60,805 nucleotides of DNA, filler included, from Globobulimina sp. (GCA_003354225.1; 8 parts of 8 records of this genome joined end to end with filler, not necessarily neighbours in it), one strand, 5' to 3'. Shown: positions 13,289 to 26,071, counted from the first letter of the whole stretch. Numbers and translations: made by a program. The notes: generated by a model from the sequence alone, not told the origin.

Positions 13289-13426
13289 GATTCAAAACAG
13301 CTCACTGTATATTTGACACAACGTTTTTGAATTTTATGTAATTTATTAACAAGTAAAATAGTGTGGTTAACGCCTCACAAACCGCACTTTATCAACCACT
13401 CAACAGAATAATGAACAAAAACTGAA

Positions 13427-14143
13427 TCAAGATAAAAATTGAAATACTTCATAATTTTTTACAAAGAATGAATATTGTTCTGATTCCCATTTATCTTTGG
13501 ATCCACAAAAAGAACGTGAATCATAAATATTATACGTTGATGTAAATGATTTACAATAACTTTGTTTTTTGACATTACATCCATCGCAAATAAATAAATC
13601 AAATCCAGAACCAAGAGCCGGGCCACTTTTTTTTAAATGTTTGACAGCATATTCCGTGGCCAATCTATCAATCGGATACTTTTTGGGTGGATCCATTATC
13701 GAAAATAAAAACGCTTTTCTATCCTCCACAAATTGCTCATTATTTCCATAACCAACACTCAAATAACAACCAAATATATTTCCATATTTTGACTGAATGA
13801 TAGTAATTAAATTTCGTCGATAATTACAAAATTTATGAAATGATTTGGCATCATATCCATTATCACTTGCACGGTATATCAATTTTATGCCATTTAACAT
13901 ATCTGATTTGGTGTCTGGTTGCGATAACATATCAAATAATAAATCTTTTTGTTGGTCAGTGATTAATATTTTTGAATCAATAAATTCTTGCACTCCTAAA
14001 AAGTTTAAAATTGCATCTTTGATAAAAACTGGAGTATCAGTTTTCTCTTCATATTGGAAACAATATCTTCGAACCCATCCAGTTACAGAATATTCTCTTA
14101 ATTTACTCATCCATCCTTTGTCTTCCTTTTCAATTTCAACCAT
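13427..14143 (-). CDS. TLDc-domain protein with F-box-like N-terminal segment
   Basis: LIYRASDNGYDAKSFHKFC, GNIFGCY, AFLFS, GPALGSGFDL and YEVF. Confidence 0.88.
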   Translation of the reverse strand: MVEIEKEDKGWMSKLREYSVTGWVRRYCFQYEEKTDTPVFIKDAILNFLGVQEFIDSKILITDQQKDLLFDMLSQPDTKSDMLNGIKLIYRASDNGYDAKSFHKFCNYRRNLITIIQSKYGNIFGCYLSVGYGNNEQFVEDRKAFLFSIMDPPKKYPIDRLATEYAVKHLKKSGPALGSGFDLFICDGCNVKKQSYCKSFTSTYNIYDSRSFCGSKDKWESEQYSFFVKNYEVFQFLS

Positions 14144-14288
14144 CTTTTATACAGTGAAAAGCACTTACTTTGTCAATACGTGATTATGATGTAGCCTGTA
14201 GGTGATCGTGTGTTATGGTTTCGGTTGTTAGCAACTTGTATTGTACAAAAAACATACTTTAAAAAACTGCGCAATTCAATTATTTTAC

Positions 14289-15122
14289 ATGGGCACGACA
14301 ATGTCAACAATGCTGGGAACATTTTGCATCTCTACATTGTGTGTCTTGACATTATGCGAAAATATTAATTGTAATGGCGTAGCAACATGTGGCCCGTGTC
14401 TCCTCACTGACACATGTGTCTTAGATTGCTCTCCCAACCGTGCATGCAGATATAATAAATTAATATGCGGAGACAATGCTCCATGCGAAGTCGACTGTGG
14501 TGGCTATGATGCGTGCAATTCTGTGACAATCATTGGTCCCATTGGCTATTCGCTATTTGTCCAGGCTGGGACTACCTCTTTGTCGATGCGAGTACTTAAT
14601 ATTTCTGCTCCAATGGCAACTAATGTTGCGACAACATGTCTGGGAGAAGATCAATGCGATAGTATGTATATGCGATGTGGTACAGGCTCATGTGATATCA
14701 CTTGTTTTTCTACTCGATCGCCATGTTCATATGTTACAGTCGATGCAACACTATCAACAAGCTACCAATGTCTTGGTGGTGATGATTGCGGTGATATACA
14801 AACTGTACTGACTGCGCAACCAACCAATGCTCCAACCACTGCTTCCCCAACAACAACATCTCCAACATCTTCCCCAACCACATTTGCTCCAACTACCGCA
14901 ACTCCAACAACGTTTCCGCCAACAACGAGGCAACCAACCACAAAAACACCAACAACAGCAATACCAACAACGTTATCTCCAACTACTATATCACCGACAA
15001 CTATATCTCCAACAACTACAACGCCGACCGTATCAGAAACGGAGATTATACCTCCGAGCATAGCAGAAACATCAATTATAGAGACAAGTATGTATATATT
15101 TATATTTATGCGCAAAGATTGA
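14289..15122 (+). CDS. Secreted Cys-rich protein with PTxxPT mucin-like stalk, 3' partial
   Basis: Hydrophobic leader, periodic Cys repeats and a Pro/Thr repeat at about 14818-15030. Probable intron donor at about 15088 before the contig end. Confidence 0.75.
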   Translation: MGTTMSTMLGTFCISTLCVLTLCENINCNGVATCGPCLLTDTCVLDCSPNRACRYNKLICGDNAPCEVDCGGYDACNSVTIIGPIGYSLFVQAGTTSLSMRVLNISAPMATNVATTCLGEDQCDSMYMRCGTGSCDITCFSTRSPCSYVTVDATLSTSYQCLGGDDCGDIQTVLTAQPTNAPTTASPTTTSPTSSPTTFAPTTATPTTFPPTTRQPTTKTPTTAIPTTLSPTTISPTTISPTTTTPTVSETEIIPPSIAETSIIETSMYIFIFMRKD

Positions 15123-15150
15123 TGATATTGAATGAGAATGATATTAAACA

Positions 15151-15250
15151 NNNNNNNNNNNNNNNNNNNNNNNNNNNNNNNNNNNNNNNNNNNNTTAATT
15201 AATTAANNNNNNNNNNNNNNNNNNNNNNNNNNNNNNNNNNNNNNNNNNNN
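15151..15250. other. Artificial contig-join spacer
   Basis: N44-TTAATTAATTAA-N44. Confidence 0.98.
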
Positions 15251-15616
15251 AAATGCATTGTTCCATAATTTATGATTGTGAGCTATTTGACTTAGTAGCA
15301 ATAAATGATTATGATCTCTCGGTACTGTATATAGCGGTGATTTTGATCTGTTTTCATAAATGAATTGTTGAACATGTCTCAAATCATCAAATATTAGTTG
15401 TTCATTATTGTTGTCCTTTGGTAATTTATTTAATATTTCATCGTTCAACTTATCAAACAACACTGCATTATTTACATTGACTTCCTTTTCAATGATTTTA
15501 TTGTTTTCGAAATGAGAATAGAGTTGTTTTTCCAAATCAGTCAGTTCATTACCAGTGAATGATGGTGATTCCTGCATTTGTGATTTCTTTTCATCCATTT
15601 GACAAGCTTCTGCCAT
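15251..15616 (-). CDS. Hypothetical protein, 5' fragment
   Basis: ATG-initiated ORF that runs into the contig end. Confidence 0.5.
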
Positions 15617-15665
15617 GGATTAATTAATGTGATTTTAAAGTAACTGAACTGGTCAAGTGGTCACC

Positions 15666-18600
15666 ATGTCAGCGCTGGAGAGTAAGCAAAATAATATTGA
15701 TTTTCTACGCAAAGTGTATCATCATACAATTATAATATTAGAATGTTGCATTAAATCCGAGCAAATGAAAAAGAAATGCATCAAAATAAAACTAACCACA
15801 CCATATGATTTAGGTGAAAATTTATCATCGATATTATATCGAATACCAAAGAAATTTAAATTTTTAGCAGATAAAAATACAAATGAATGGGGATTATGTA
15901 TTCATGGTATATTTATTGATAAAAAAGATACGTATACATTTGGTAAATTACTGGCATCCGTCAAACCAATCCCAACCATCAAAATTATAGAGATTGTTAA
16001 GTAAATTATAGCCATACAAAAATATATAATATGTCAACTATTTTATATACAGAAACAGAAGCAATTTGGCATTGAATATGGTGATTCCACGTTGGTTTGG
16101 AGTCCATCAAAAACAGAGGCTGCAGAATGGGAGAATAATTATTTACAGTTATTACACGAAATAATGACAACATATAAATTAAAAGAAGAAAGTTTTGACA
16201 TTAAAGATGAAGATGAATGTCAAATTGATTGTGGTGACGATCTAAAACCTGTTTGGAATTCGTTAATAATTAATCAAAATTCAAATATTGCAATTCTAAA
16301 AATTATAATTATAAATGAGCAAAATATAAACGATGCGATGAATCTTTTGATCGATGATATGTCGGAAAACGAGATAAATAATCTTCGAGCTATTGTTATT
16401 ACACCCGATGTCTCACAAATATCACAAGAAGACGCACCAAGCCAAATGCTAGAAATTGAAAGAAATATCAAAATATATCACGATGAATTTGCCAGATATT
16501 GTTTGGATATGGTGAATCATGATATTTTTAGCTCATTTCCACTGCCAACCACTGCCAACACGTCACTTGAAGATATGAAAGAATTTGAAATGTATTCTAC
16601 TGATTTGGTAAAATATGATATTTATAATTTACAAATTATATCCAATTTTATCCGTAATGCTCCGTGTTGTTTATTATTTGATTTATTTCAGCCATATTTT
16701 AACAAATTATTGACGGTGAATACACAAAATAAATTAGAAAATGGTTTGTTATCAAATGGTATAAATGGACAAACACTTATTTTTGTTGATAAATGTTGTT
16801 TAAATGAAATGGGTATATTTGGAAATAGAACACAAAATATTATATTAAATGCAATCAATCAAATTTATTTTATATTCAATACCGGTCATGATTTTACTTT
16901 TGATTTAATAGATAAATATTTAACAAATAAATTATATAAAAGTGTAACACAAAAGAAATTACAAAATGCTTTGAAATCATATCGTGTTAATGGCGAAACA
17001 CTGATGTTTATTGGCTGTAAATGGCTGCAAAAGTATGCAAATATAACCATTGCATGGACCCAAAATGATATCTTGAATGCAATTGATGAGATATTTAATT
17101 ATCACACATTTTCCGCATACATTTCAACGTATCCTCTATTAAGACCTTATCAGCACTTATTTATTCGCCATAAAATTGATTTAAAAAAATTCAAAAATAA
17201 TTGTAATTTTGTTAAATTTTATAATCGGATTGGTATAACAAACAGATACATTATAAACCAATTTAAACAAATATTTCCAATGTCATTTAAATGCAGAACT
17301 CAGTGTTGTGATTGTAAACAAGTTATTGTATTAGGTGCAAAATACGAATCTCTCCGAAAAACCGTATATTACAAAGCAAATACACATGCATTAAACAGCA
17401 AATATAAACACACAAAATATCAACTCATTTATGGTGAATATGTACGACTGTTTTGTGCATGGTGTATACAAAAATCCCACTTTGTTTTTACAAAAAAATG
17501 TCGAGTTATAAGTTGCCAAAATATTGATGTCGAAACAATTTGTTTTAATCATGCACAATGTACGCATTGTGAAAAAAGAGGCATTACAAACAAATGTGGC
17601 ATATGCAAATTAGAGTTATGTGGAAATTGTTTATTTGATTTGGATGGATTTGCAGCAGCAAAATGCGAAGCATGTATAGAGAAACAAGAGAGAAATGAGT
17701 TAAACAATATTTTATCCACTGCGTTTTACTGGGAACACATTGCATTAATAGTGGCGGAGTATGGTGTCGGAGTTATTGTGAATTGTTGTAATATGGCCTG
17801 TAATGAAGAAATTGCGTTTGATAATAAGGTACAATATCACATACAAAAGGATTACAAACAGGATGAGATTTATTATTATGAACCAACCTATTTTTCAGAG
17901 AATCGACAAACTGTACGAGTCAACAATGCACAAATTAGAATATTTTGTGCTGATTGTACTACACATTATGTTCATATATGTAAATGGTGTGAGTCTAAAG
18001 ATATTGATAAATATTGTGGACATCATCCAGGTTGTGATAAATGTCAAAAGTCAGCAAAATATGCTTCTCGGTTTGTTAAATGCAGCAAATGCCATCAACT
18101 GTTCTGTAAACAATGTTGTATTTGTATGGAAGAGTCAAGCAATGAATGTTATTGCGAAGAATGTGTTGTTAACAATGAATATCAGAGTTTACGTAAATCA
18201 TTATCAAATATAATAAGTTTGCCGGAGTCCGTTATTCGCGTTTTAATAGAATTCTGTATTGGATATGCAATACGATGCTGTAATGCCGAGAAGGTGGTAA
18301 TACGAGGCTGTAATTCTGTATTGGATTTGCAATACGAAGAATGTGGTAATTTGGTTGAATTAGCGAATATGTTTCAATTTAAAAATAAAAAAGACAATAA
18401 TAGTGATAAAATATATTATTATGAACCTCAATATTCAAAACCAAATAAGCCGACGGCATTTATTGATGGTAAACAATTACGAATATTTTGTAACCAGTGC
18501 ACTTTATTTAAATTAACAAAATGTAAATGCCTCCAAAACCAGGAAACTGGAAATAGTGAATGTGGAAATCACCATTTATGTAAGAAGTGTGGCGCTGTAA

Positions 18601-21155
18601 TATGGCGTCACTCCGTTTGTAAAGATTGTAAAGAACATTTTTGTAATGATTGTTTAGTTGAATATCGTGGCAAAAGATGTGAAGATTGTGTCAATAACAA
18701 AGAAGTAAATGAGATGGCTGATATTATACATAATGCATTAAGGTCAATATATATGTTTGAGGTTTTTTTTGTGCCGAATGATAAAATATATTTGATTGCC
18801 AACACAATCGCAAGTTATGGGGTTGGTTATATTGTTAAATGTGGCAATTCCAAGACATGTCCAAGCAATGTTATTATTTTTGATAACAACTCGCAAATGT
18901 ATGCTAAAAAAGATTATAACAACTCACAAATTTACTATTATGAAGGACAATATTTTGATGAAAATAGAACATCCGCATTAATAAATAATCGTCGATTACG
19001 CATATTTTGTAATTATTGTACCACGCATTTAGTCCGCCAATGTTGTGTACCATTCTGTAACAGAAAAGATTCAGTTGCTGTCTGCGCACTGCATCCAGTG
19101 TGTCATAAATGTGCGAGTGGTGTGTCGGAAAAAAACGATGAACTTAAATGTTGTCGTCGTTGTAGGAAATCATTTTGTGCAGATTGTTGCATTACGTCCA
19201 TTGACTATATGAGAATGAGAGTCATGTGCTATTATTGTGAGTCATGTGCGGTTGAAATGGAAAAAAATGAAATAATTGATGTGTTGTTGAATGTATTAAA
19301 AAATGTTGTTGATGAATATATTATTGGTGTTGTAACAGATTATTGCATTGGTTATGTGTTTAAATGTGGTAATAATTATGACCAATGCGAGAATGATATA
19401 ATATTTGACAACAGATTTAAATTTAAAAAGGAACATGATAGGAATGACGAAAAAATATATTATTATTCAATTAACTCCAAACATGTAACAGGAAATAAGC
19501 AAACAGTCAACGATCCAACAGAGAAGAATCATAAATTGCGAATATTTTGTTCAAAATGTACAGGTATTCGGCTGTCAGTCTGTCTGAAGAATGCTCAATG
19601 TATCCATAAAGAATGTGGAATGTATCCAATATGTGACAATCATCCAAAATGTAAATCATGTCATAGTAATAGTCGGTATGCATTGTCAAAATGTAATATA
19701 TGTCTCGATTTTTTTTGTAGACACTGCAGATATGAGAATTCATCAACGTGTAAATCATGTGTTACAAAGCAAGAAATCAATGAATTGCGTAATATCATAT
19801 GTGAGGCATTGAAAACATTAAAATATATGCTTGAGAGTTATAATATATCGTTGCTTATTGCTGAATATTGCGTTGGTTTCGTATTTAAATGTGGTAATTT
19901 AAAGGATAACTGTGATACAAAGATAATATTTGATAATAAATTTCAATTTCATTCACGTAAAGACTGTGAGAATCGCGCAATAAACTATTATGAAGTTGAA
20001 TATTTAGCAGCCAACAGACCAACCATTTGTTTGCCAGATAATACTAAAAGACGGTTTCGAATATTTTGTAATGAGTGCTCATCAAATAAGATGGTGCGAT
20101 GTCCTGATTGTTGGCGAAGAGTGGATGTTTTACCGATATGTGGGCGACATCCAATTTGTAGTAACTGTGATAAAAAAGTGTTGCGTTCGGGAATAATAAA
20201 TTGTTGTATCTGCTTTGAATCTTATTGTGAAAGTTGTTGTTATTCGCTTGGCTATGACGAGAATGTTATTTATTGCAAAGTTTGTCTGAAGAACGTTGGT
20301 TATGAGGAGTTATACGGCGCCATTTATGCAATAATACGTAGATTAGGTTTAGGTTTTGATATAAATATTATTGGCATTATGATGGATTATTGCATGGGAT
20401 TTGCCTTTGAATGCGGTAATGTCGAAAGAAAGTGTGAAAATGATATTATTTTTGAAAATATGTTTCAATTTGGAAAAAAACACGATTTTACTATGCAAAA
20501 AGTATATTATTATCAAGTGAAATATGCGCGACATAATAAAGCAACAATATCAATGGATAATAAATTGTATAGAATATTTTGTGTAAACTGTACGAAGAGA
20601 ATTAAAAAATGTCGCGGATGTTATCAAAATAAAGAATCGGGTGAGATATCAGAATGTTGTGATCATCCAATATGTTCAAAATGTAATCAAATTATGTTTG
20701 CTTCGGAGACAAAATGTAAGAGTTGTTTCAAATATTTCTGTTATCCGCAATGTTGTATTGATATTGTTGGAAGATGTTATTGTATGCAATGTGCCATAAA
20801 TAAAGAATTTAACGATTTAATTGAATGTATAGCAAATTCGCAGTTAATATTAAAGGTAAATATGGATAGTGAAATTATAACTGTTTTGGCAGAGTATAGT
20901 GTCGGACTTATATTTCAATGTTGTAATAATATTCAGAAATGTAAGAAGAAAATCATTATTGATAATATTTGGCAATTTAAAAAGAAAATAAATTATGAAA
21001 ATAAAACAATAAAATATCGATATTTATCAAACATAGTTAAACGAAAAAGAAATAAAAGAGTAAAATTAATGAATAATAAACGATTAGTAATTTTATGTAA
21101 TGGTTGTTGTTTGGAATATAGATATATTAATAAACGCGGTGCATTGATTCGGTAA
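15666..21155 (+). CDS. Giant protein (about 1800 aa) with three SAM-like domains and about 8 Cys-rich repeats
   Basis: Exon 15666-15995 joins in frame to 16053 through GTTAAG..ACAG intron 15996-16052. SAM-like segments lie at about 16730-17280. RIFCxxC-containing units of about 170 aa run from about 17280 to the end. Confidence 0.8.
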
Positions 21156-21456
21156 ATTGCTTTACTTAATTTGTTCATTTTGGTTTGACAAAAGTGACCA
21201 ATAAACAGATTACATTTTTTCACAGTTGCAAAATCTATACATATTAATATTAAAATATAATAATAAATTATATGCGCATGCCGCAAGTTTATAGTGCTGG
21301 CTAAATCTATGCATATGTTCATCCCTTTTTTTATCATATGTTTCCAGTTACGTTGAATATGATTCTTATCAATTACTCTTCGTGGGAACTGTTTCAAATA
21401 CAATTATTTACTTTCCTTGATAAAAAAAACCTGTACTTTAATATCGGAGAGCCCTA

Positions 21457-22548
21457 ATGGCATCATTGGAAATTATATTAACACAATATGGTTTGGATGA
21501 CATTGGAAATAAGCTGCAAAGTGCTAGAATATCCATTGACACATTGAAATGGATGGATATAACAAAAGATTTCGATGAATTTGTGGAGGAATTGAGTTTA
21601 AATATAATTCAAAAAATTAAATTACGTGCAGTTATTAATGAATTGCAATCAAAACATACTTTGTTTTTCAATGAAAAGTATAAGAAAATAAATCGAATTT
21701 CAATTGGTTTGGAGAATGAAATAAATGTAAAATTCCAAGAAATTATCAGTAAATTACAAAACAGACAGAATCAACTTTTGCTTGACATTCAACAATGGAA
21801 ATTACAACAAATTAAAAACAATAATCAAGATTCAACACTGTATGAACCAAATATTGATGTTTCATCAGCTATTAATTTACATGAAATATCATCATTTATC
21901 AACATTCAATTTACAAATAACAATAAAAATGACTTTGATAAGGAAGAGAGCAAAGAATTTAATTCATTTTCAAAAATACAAACTAGAGTCCAATTGAACC
22001 CCTTTTGTGCTGATTATGTTGAAATAAAACAGATAGATTTGGAGTACTTTGACCATCGTAAACATTTTATAAATGATGACACGGATAATACGAATCAATA
22101 TCATCCAAAGAATTTATTAGATTTATATTCCAATGATAAATATTACAGCGATAAAATATGTAATTTTCAAATGGATAAAAATAATAAAATTGAGAATGAT
22201 TGGATTATATTTAAAATATTATATGAAAAGCAATATTTTATTCCAACGATATGTGAAATAAAAAACCATTCAAATGAATATGCAGTAAAAATATTATGTT
22301 TATACATTGGAAATGAGAAAGGTGTTTGGCTTCAATTAAATAAAAATAATGTTATTTTATCAAATAATAACATATTTTCGCAAAAAATAAATTTGAATTT
22401 GATGGATAATATCAATAAACAATTAATTATTGATAAAAATTTAAACTGTTTTAAAGTTGAATTAATTGAAAACTATGGCGCTAATTCTGTGGATAAATCA
22501 AAATTCTGTTTGCATTATCTTGCATTGCACGGAAAAACAATAAAATAA
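21457..22548 (+). CDS. SAM-like + coiled-coil + C-terminal discoidin/galactose-binding-like beta-sandwich protein
   Basis: N-terminal SAM-like LTQYGLDDIGNKL..LSLNIIQKIKLRAVI; C-terminal HPKNLL..NDWIIF..FKVELIENYG..LALHG. Confidence 0.6.
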   Translation: MASLEIILTQYGLDDIGNKLQSARISIDTLKWMDITKDFDEFVEELSLNIIQKIKLRAVINELQSKHTLFFNEKYKKINRISIGLENEINVKFQEIISKLQNRQNQLLLDIQQWKLQQIKNNNQDSTLYEPNIDVSSAINLHEISSFINIQFTNNNKNDFDKEESKEFNSFSKIQTRVQLNPFCADYVEIKQIDLEYFDHRKHFINDDTDNTNQYHPKNLLDLYSNDKYYSDKICNFQMDKNNKIENDWIIFKILYEKQYFIPTICEIKNHSNEYAVKILCLYIGNEKGVWLQLNKNNVILSNNNIFSQKINLNLMDNINKQLIIDKNLNCFKVELIENYGANSVDKSKFCLHYLALHGKTIK

Positions 22549-22773
22549 CAGATCTCTCAAGTACATATTTTGCAATTATACTTTTTTTCTTTGTCACAAT
22601 TCAGATTCAGTATACAACCTACAATTCAGATGTAGTGGGGTGGAACCCTGGGGGGAAACTGGAAGTAAGTACTAACTCAAAAACTTCAAAATCTTTCTCA
22701 AAAAATATGCAGGCAAATTTATATTGCTAATTCCATGCATGTATGTTAGTGAAGTACTTTATATAACAATATG

Positions 22774-22873
22774 NNNNNNNNNNNNNNNNNNNNNNNNNNN
22801 NNNNNNNNNNNNNNNNNTTAATTAATTAANNNNNNNNNNNNNNNNNNNNNNNNNNNNNNNNNNNNNNNNNNNN
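22774..22873. other. Artificial contig-join spacer
   Basis: N44-TTAATTAATTAA-N44. Confidence 0.98.
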
Positions 22874-22971
22874 TGTCAAGTTCCGGCAATTCGGTGGAAT
22901 CGGTTCTTATATGATGACAGTACTGCATGCTTTGTGACGTTTGTTTGGAAATTGTTGTTTGGAAATTGAAG

Positions 22972-23078
22972 GAGCCTAGGTTTCCTAAATAGTTGCCTAA
23001 ATAGTTGGAAGCAACTATTTAGGCAACTAATTAGTTGCTTAGCAACTATTTAGGCAACTATTTAGGAAACCTAGGCTC
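22972..23078. mobile_element. 107-bp MITE with perfect 36-bp TIRs and 8-bp TSD
   Basis: 22972-23007 (gagcctaggtttcctaaatagttgcctaaatagttg) is the exact reverse complement of 23043-23078. It is flanked by direct repeat AATTGAAG at 22964-22971 and 23079-23086. Confidence 0.88.
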
Positions 23079-23152
23079 AATTGAAGTTGTCACCAGATGG
23101 AAAAATAAGTATACTTTGAGATTAATGATAAAGAAAACTAAGCGATAAAATA

Positions 23153-24298
23153 ATGGGCGCACTCACCTCATGTGCCTGTGATTCATGTGGCTGTCCAGAC
23201 GACGTACCTCTTTCAAATAAACCAGAAACATATTCAGTCCCAGCTACAGAGTCAAGTGATGATTCATACACAAGGGACCAACTAGAACCACCAAAAAATA
23301 AAAAAAAGAAGAAAAAAAATAAAAAAAATACAGCGGCGCTGCAACACGAAATTATGCAAAAAGCTAAAAACGAAATAAATAAACATGCAGCGAGTACGTC
23401 TCTGTATGATATGGATTCCAAAACCGTAAAATTATTAATGAGCGTAGATTTAAATGCTAGCCAAGACTGCCAAGTACCACAACCTTCCATGCCATCCATA
23501 CCATCTCTTGATTTCGATGTAAGTATACATATAATACATATATATTGCACCAAAATACATATTACATAGAGAGAACCAGAAATATCAGACTTACCAGATA
23601 TGAGCACAGCTTTACGGAGTTATACGTCCAGTCATATGTATGATGATGCCAATGATTTGCCGGATAAGTTTTTAAGCGCAAATAATACATTCCAGCAAGA
23701 CGTGAAAGATGTAAGTTATGAGCGTATAGCCACTATGAAAAATTTGGTAGCTCAAACACCAAAAGAGATGGTAACATTTATTGCAGCACAATATAGCACC
23801 GACAAACATGTGGAAACAGACGAAAGCCAGAGTTCATTGGACGAAGATGAGAGACTTGAAATTGAGCAAAGAAAGGAGGATTTAAATAAGAGCAAACATG
23901 AGAAAACTATGTCAGTTGCACAGGCGAAATTATTTCGTATGGGTACAGTCACACAATGGACTGGCAATGATATGGAGGATATGGGTGGAGCGATAAAAAA
24001 GGAAATAGAAGCTATGAGAAGCGGATATCATTTGGATACGGATATAGATATGGATACGGATGATATTGTAACTGATGAGGATTTTGATGATAAACAGATG
24101 GAAATTGATAGAAAGTCAGAGTTGTATAGAATGAAATCGGCAAGAAAATGGACAACACAACGGGTAGAGAGAGAAAATGAAGACATGCAAGCACAGTTAA
24201 CACATTTGATGCTTTCACATCAATCTTCGATTGAGAGTGATATCGCTGATCCGATGAAACAGGCAAATATGCTGCCTTTGTCTCAAAATAAACAATAA
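23153..24298 (+). CDS. Two-exon hypothetical protein with N-terminal lipidation-like motif
   Basis: Starts MGALTSCACDSCGC (Gly2 plus Cys cluster). A GTAAGT..ACATAG intron at about 23519-23568 links ORFs 23153 and 23600. Confidence 0.65.
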
Positions 24299-24586
24299 TA
24301 TTCAATTTCAATAATTCATTTTTTCTTTCTTCATTCAATTCTTACATATTCTTTTAATTTGAATATAAGATTAGTATAAATTTATTTGAATGAATATTTG
24401 TTCTGTTTGTATTTTTTTGTTGTTATAACATTCTTCCATATAAATATATTCCTAAACCATAAATGAAACAAATTGACAATGTAAACTCGGACAGTTATGA
24501 AAAGTAACGTTTTGCTATATTGGCTCTTTCCACAGAAACGGTACGATTTATATATATTATTTATATTTTTACCCTATCATTATTCA

Positions 24587-26071
24587 TCAATCACAATACA
24601 TTCCGACTGCATCAACACCTCCATCACCATCAAAATCATAATCATCTCTATTTTTTTGATTTTTCTCAGTAATCAAATTTTGAATATGCTTATGTAAATT
24701 GATGGTATCTTCAAAATCCGTAATACCAAATTGTTGCAAAGCTTTTTGATCAATATCAGGAATTACAGAGCCATTCGCATTGACTTGTTTAAATATTAAA
24801 CGTAATTTATTTTCATATTTCTCAAATCGCCCTGCTTCCAAACTAATAATCCAATCTATCACTTCATCGCACGACCACTTTACATAATGCTTCAAACTCA
24901 AATTGCGTAATCGCTTAATTTTACGTAATTCTTTTTTTAACGCAATATTTTCTTTTTTTAAGGTTGCAATTTCTTCTTTATACTCATTCGCCACTCTTTC
25001 GAAATTATCTAATTGTTCATGTAAAACATCGCAGGTTTCACATTGTAGCGATTTCATAATATAATTAATTGTATCTTGATCGGGATCGGGATCGGGATCG
25101 GTGGCGGTGGCGGGAGCGGGGGTATCTTGCTTATCATTTATATTGTTTATAATTTGGAACTCTCCGCAAATGCGCGGCATGCCAACAGAATAATGTTTCA
25201 ATGCACTCTTTATCGGTTCTTGATGATTATTAAATTGCGTAAACAGATGAATGTTGTTATTGTTGCTCGAATCCATGGCCAATACCGCTAAATATCTACT
25301 TTTTAATGGACATTTAATGTGATTTAATTTAATCCATTTATTATTTTTATCATTTAAGTCTAATAAATAAATTTCATCAGAAAAATTATTTCCGGTCCGG
25401 CCTCCGCCAAAAATAATAATATAGTTTTGATAGGTTACAAAGCCAAATCTACTCATTCGTTCCGGTAATTTGTAGTTTGTATGTTCTGTCCACTCATATT
25501 TTAATGCGTTCCTTTTAAGTGGCGAACCGATAAGAAATGTATCGACATGTTTCTTTTTATCGCAATTATATCCACCAAATCTAATGATTGAATCGTTGTA
25601 TTTTAATATAGAAACACTTATCATATTTGATTTTGTCACCAAATCAGTGAATGTACTAATTTTATTCTCTTGTATTGAATATACAAAATATTTACAATTT
25701 GTTTTACCGTGGAATATGTAAATAGCATCGTTCATTGCTAAGCAACATGTACCATATCCAAGTTTTGGTATTACTATAATTTGTTGAAATTGTTTGGTGG
25801 TTATATTAAATGAAATAATTTCTCCATTATAACCATCGACAATGTATATATTATTATCGTGTTCACATATTGAATGGCCGTGGGGTTTAATATTTGGCGG
25901 ATACTGTACAATTTGTTTAATTGTGTTGCTTTTAATGCAATATTCTACCATTCCTTTTTCACCGTATGCATAAGAAACAGAATACCATAACGAATCGCCA
26001 ATATTTATTACTTTTTGTTGTATTGCTGGTGTTTGATGAACAGTGAGATTGTTCCAACTTTCCTCAGACAT
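24587..26071 (-). CDS. Kelch beta-propeller + coiled-coil + C-terminal SAM protein
   Basis: Kelch blades IYIVDG, IYIFHG, IIRFGG and IIIFGG; SAM-like WSCDEVIDWIISLE..YENKL..LQQFGIT. Confidence 0.85.
   Translation of the reverse strand: MSEESWNNLTVHQTPAIQQKVINIGDSLWYSVSYAYGEKGMVEYCIKSNTIKQIVQYPPNIKPHGHSICEHDNNIYIVDGYNGEIISFNITTKQFQQIIVIPKLGYGTCCLAMNDAIYIFHGKTNCKYFVYSIQENKISTFTDLVTKSNMISVSILKYNDSIIRFGGYNCDKKKHVDTFLIGSPLKRNALKYEWTEHTNYKLPERMSRFGFVTYQNYIIIFGGGRTGNNFSDEIYLLDLNDKNNKWIKLNHIKCPLKSRYLAVLAMDSSNNNNIHLFTQFNNHQEPIKSALKHYSVGMPRICGEFQIINNINDKQDTPAPATATDPDPDPDQDTINYIMKSLQCETCDVLHEQLDNFERVANEYKEEIATLKKENIALKKELRKIKRLRNLSLKHYVKWSCDEVIDWIISLEAGRFEKYENKLRLIFKQVNANGSVIPDIDQKALQQFGITDFEDTINLHKHIQNLITEKNQKNRDDYDFDGDGGVDAVGMYCD

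Noticed and set aside
22631-22773. G-rich segment near the contig 3 end as a transposon terminus
   Set aside because: No partner inverted repeat or TSD is visible within the contig.
25077-25100. (GATCGG)n hexamer repeat
   Set aside because: It is a simple coding microsatellite giving a DPDPDPD linker in the Kelch-SAM protein.
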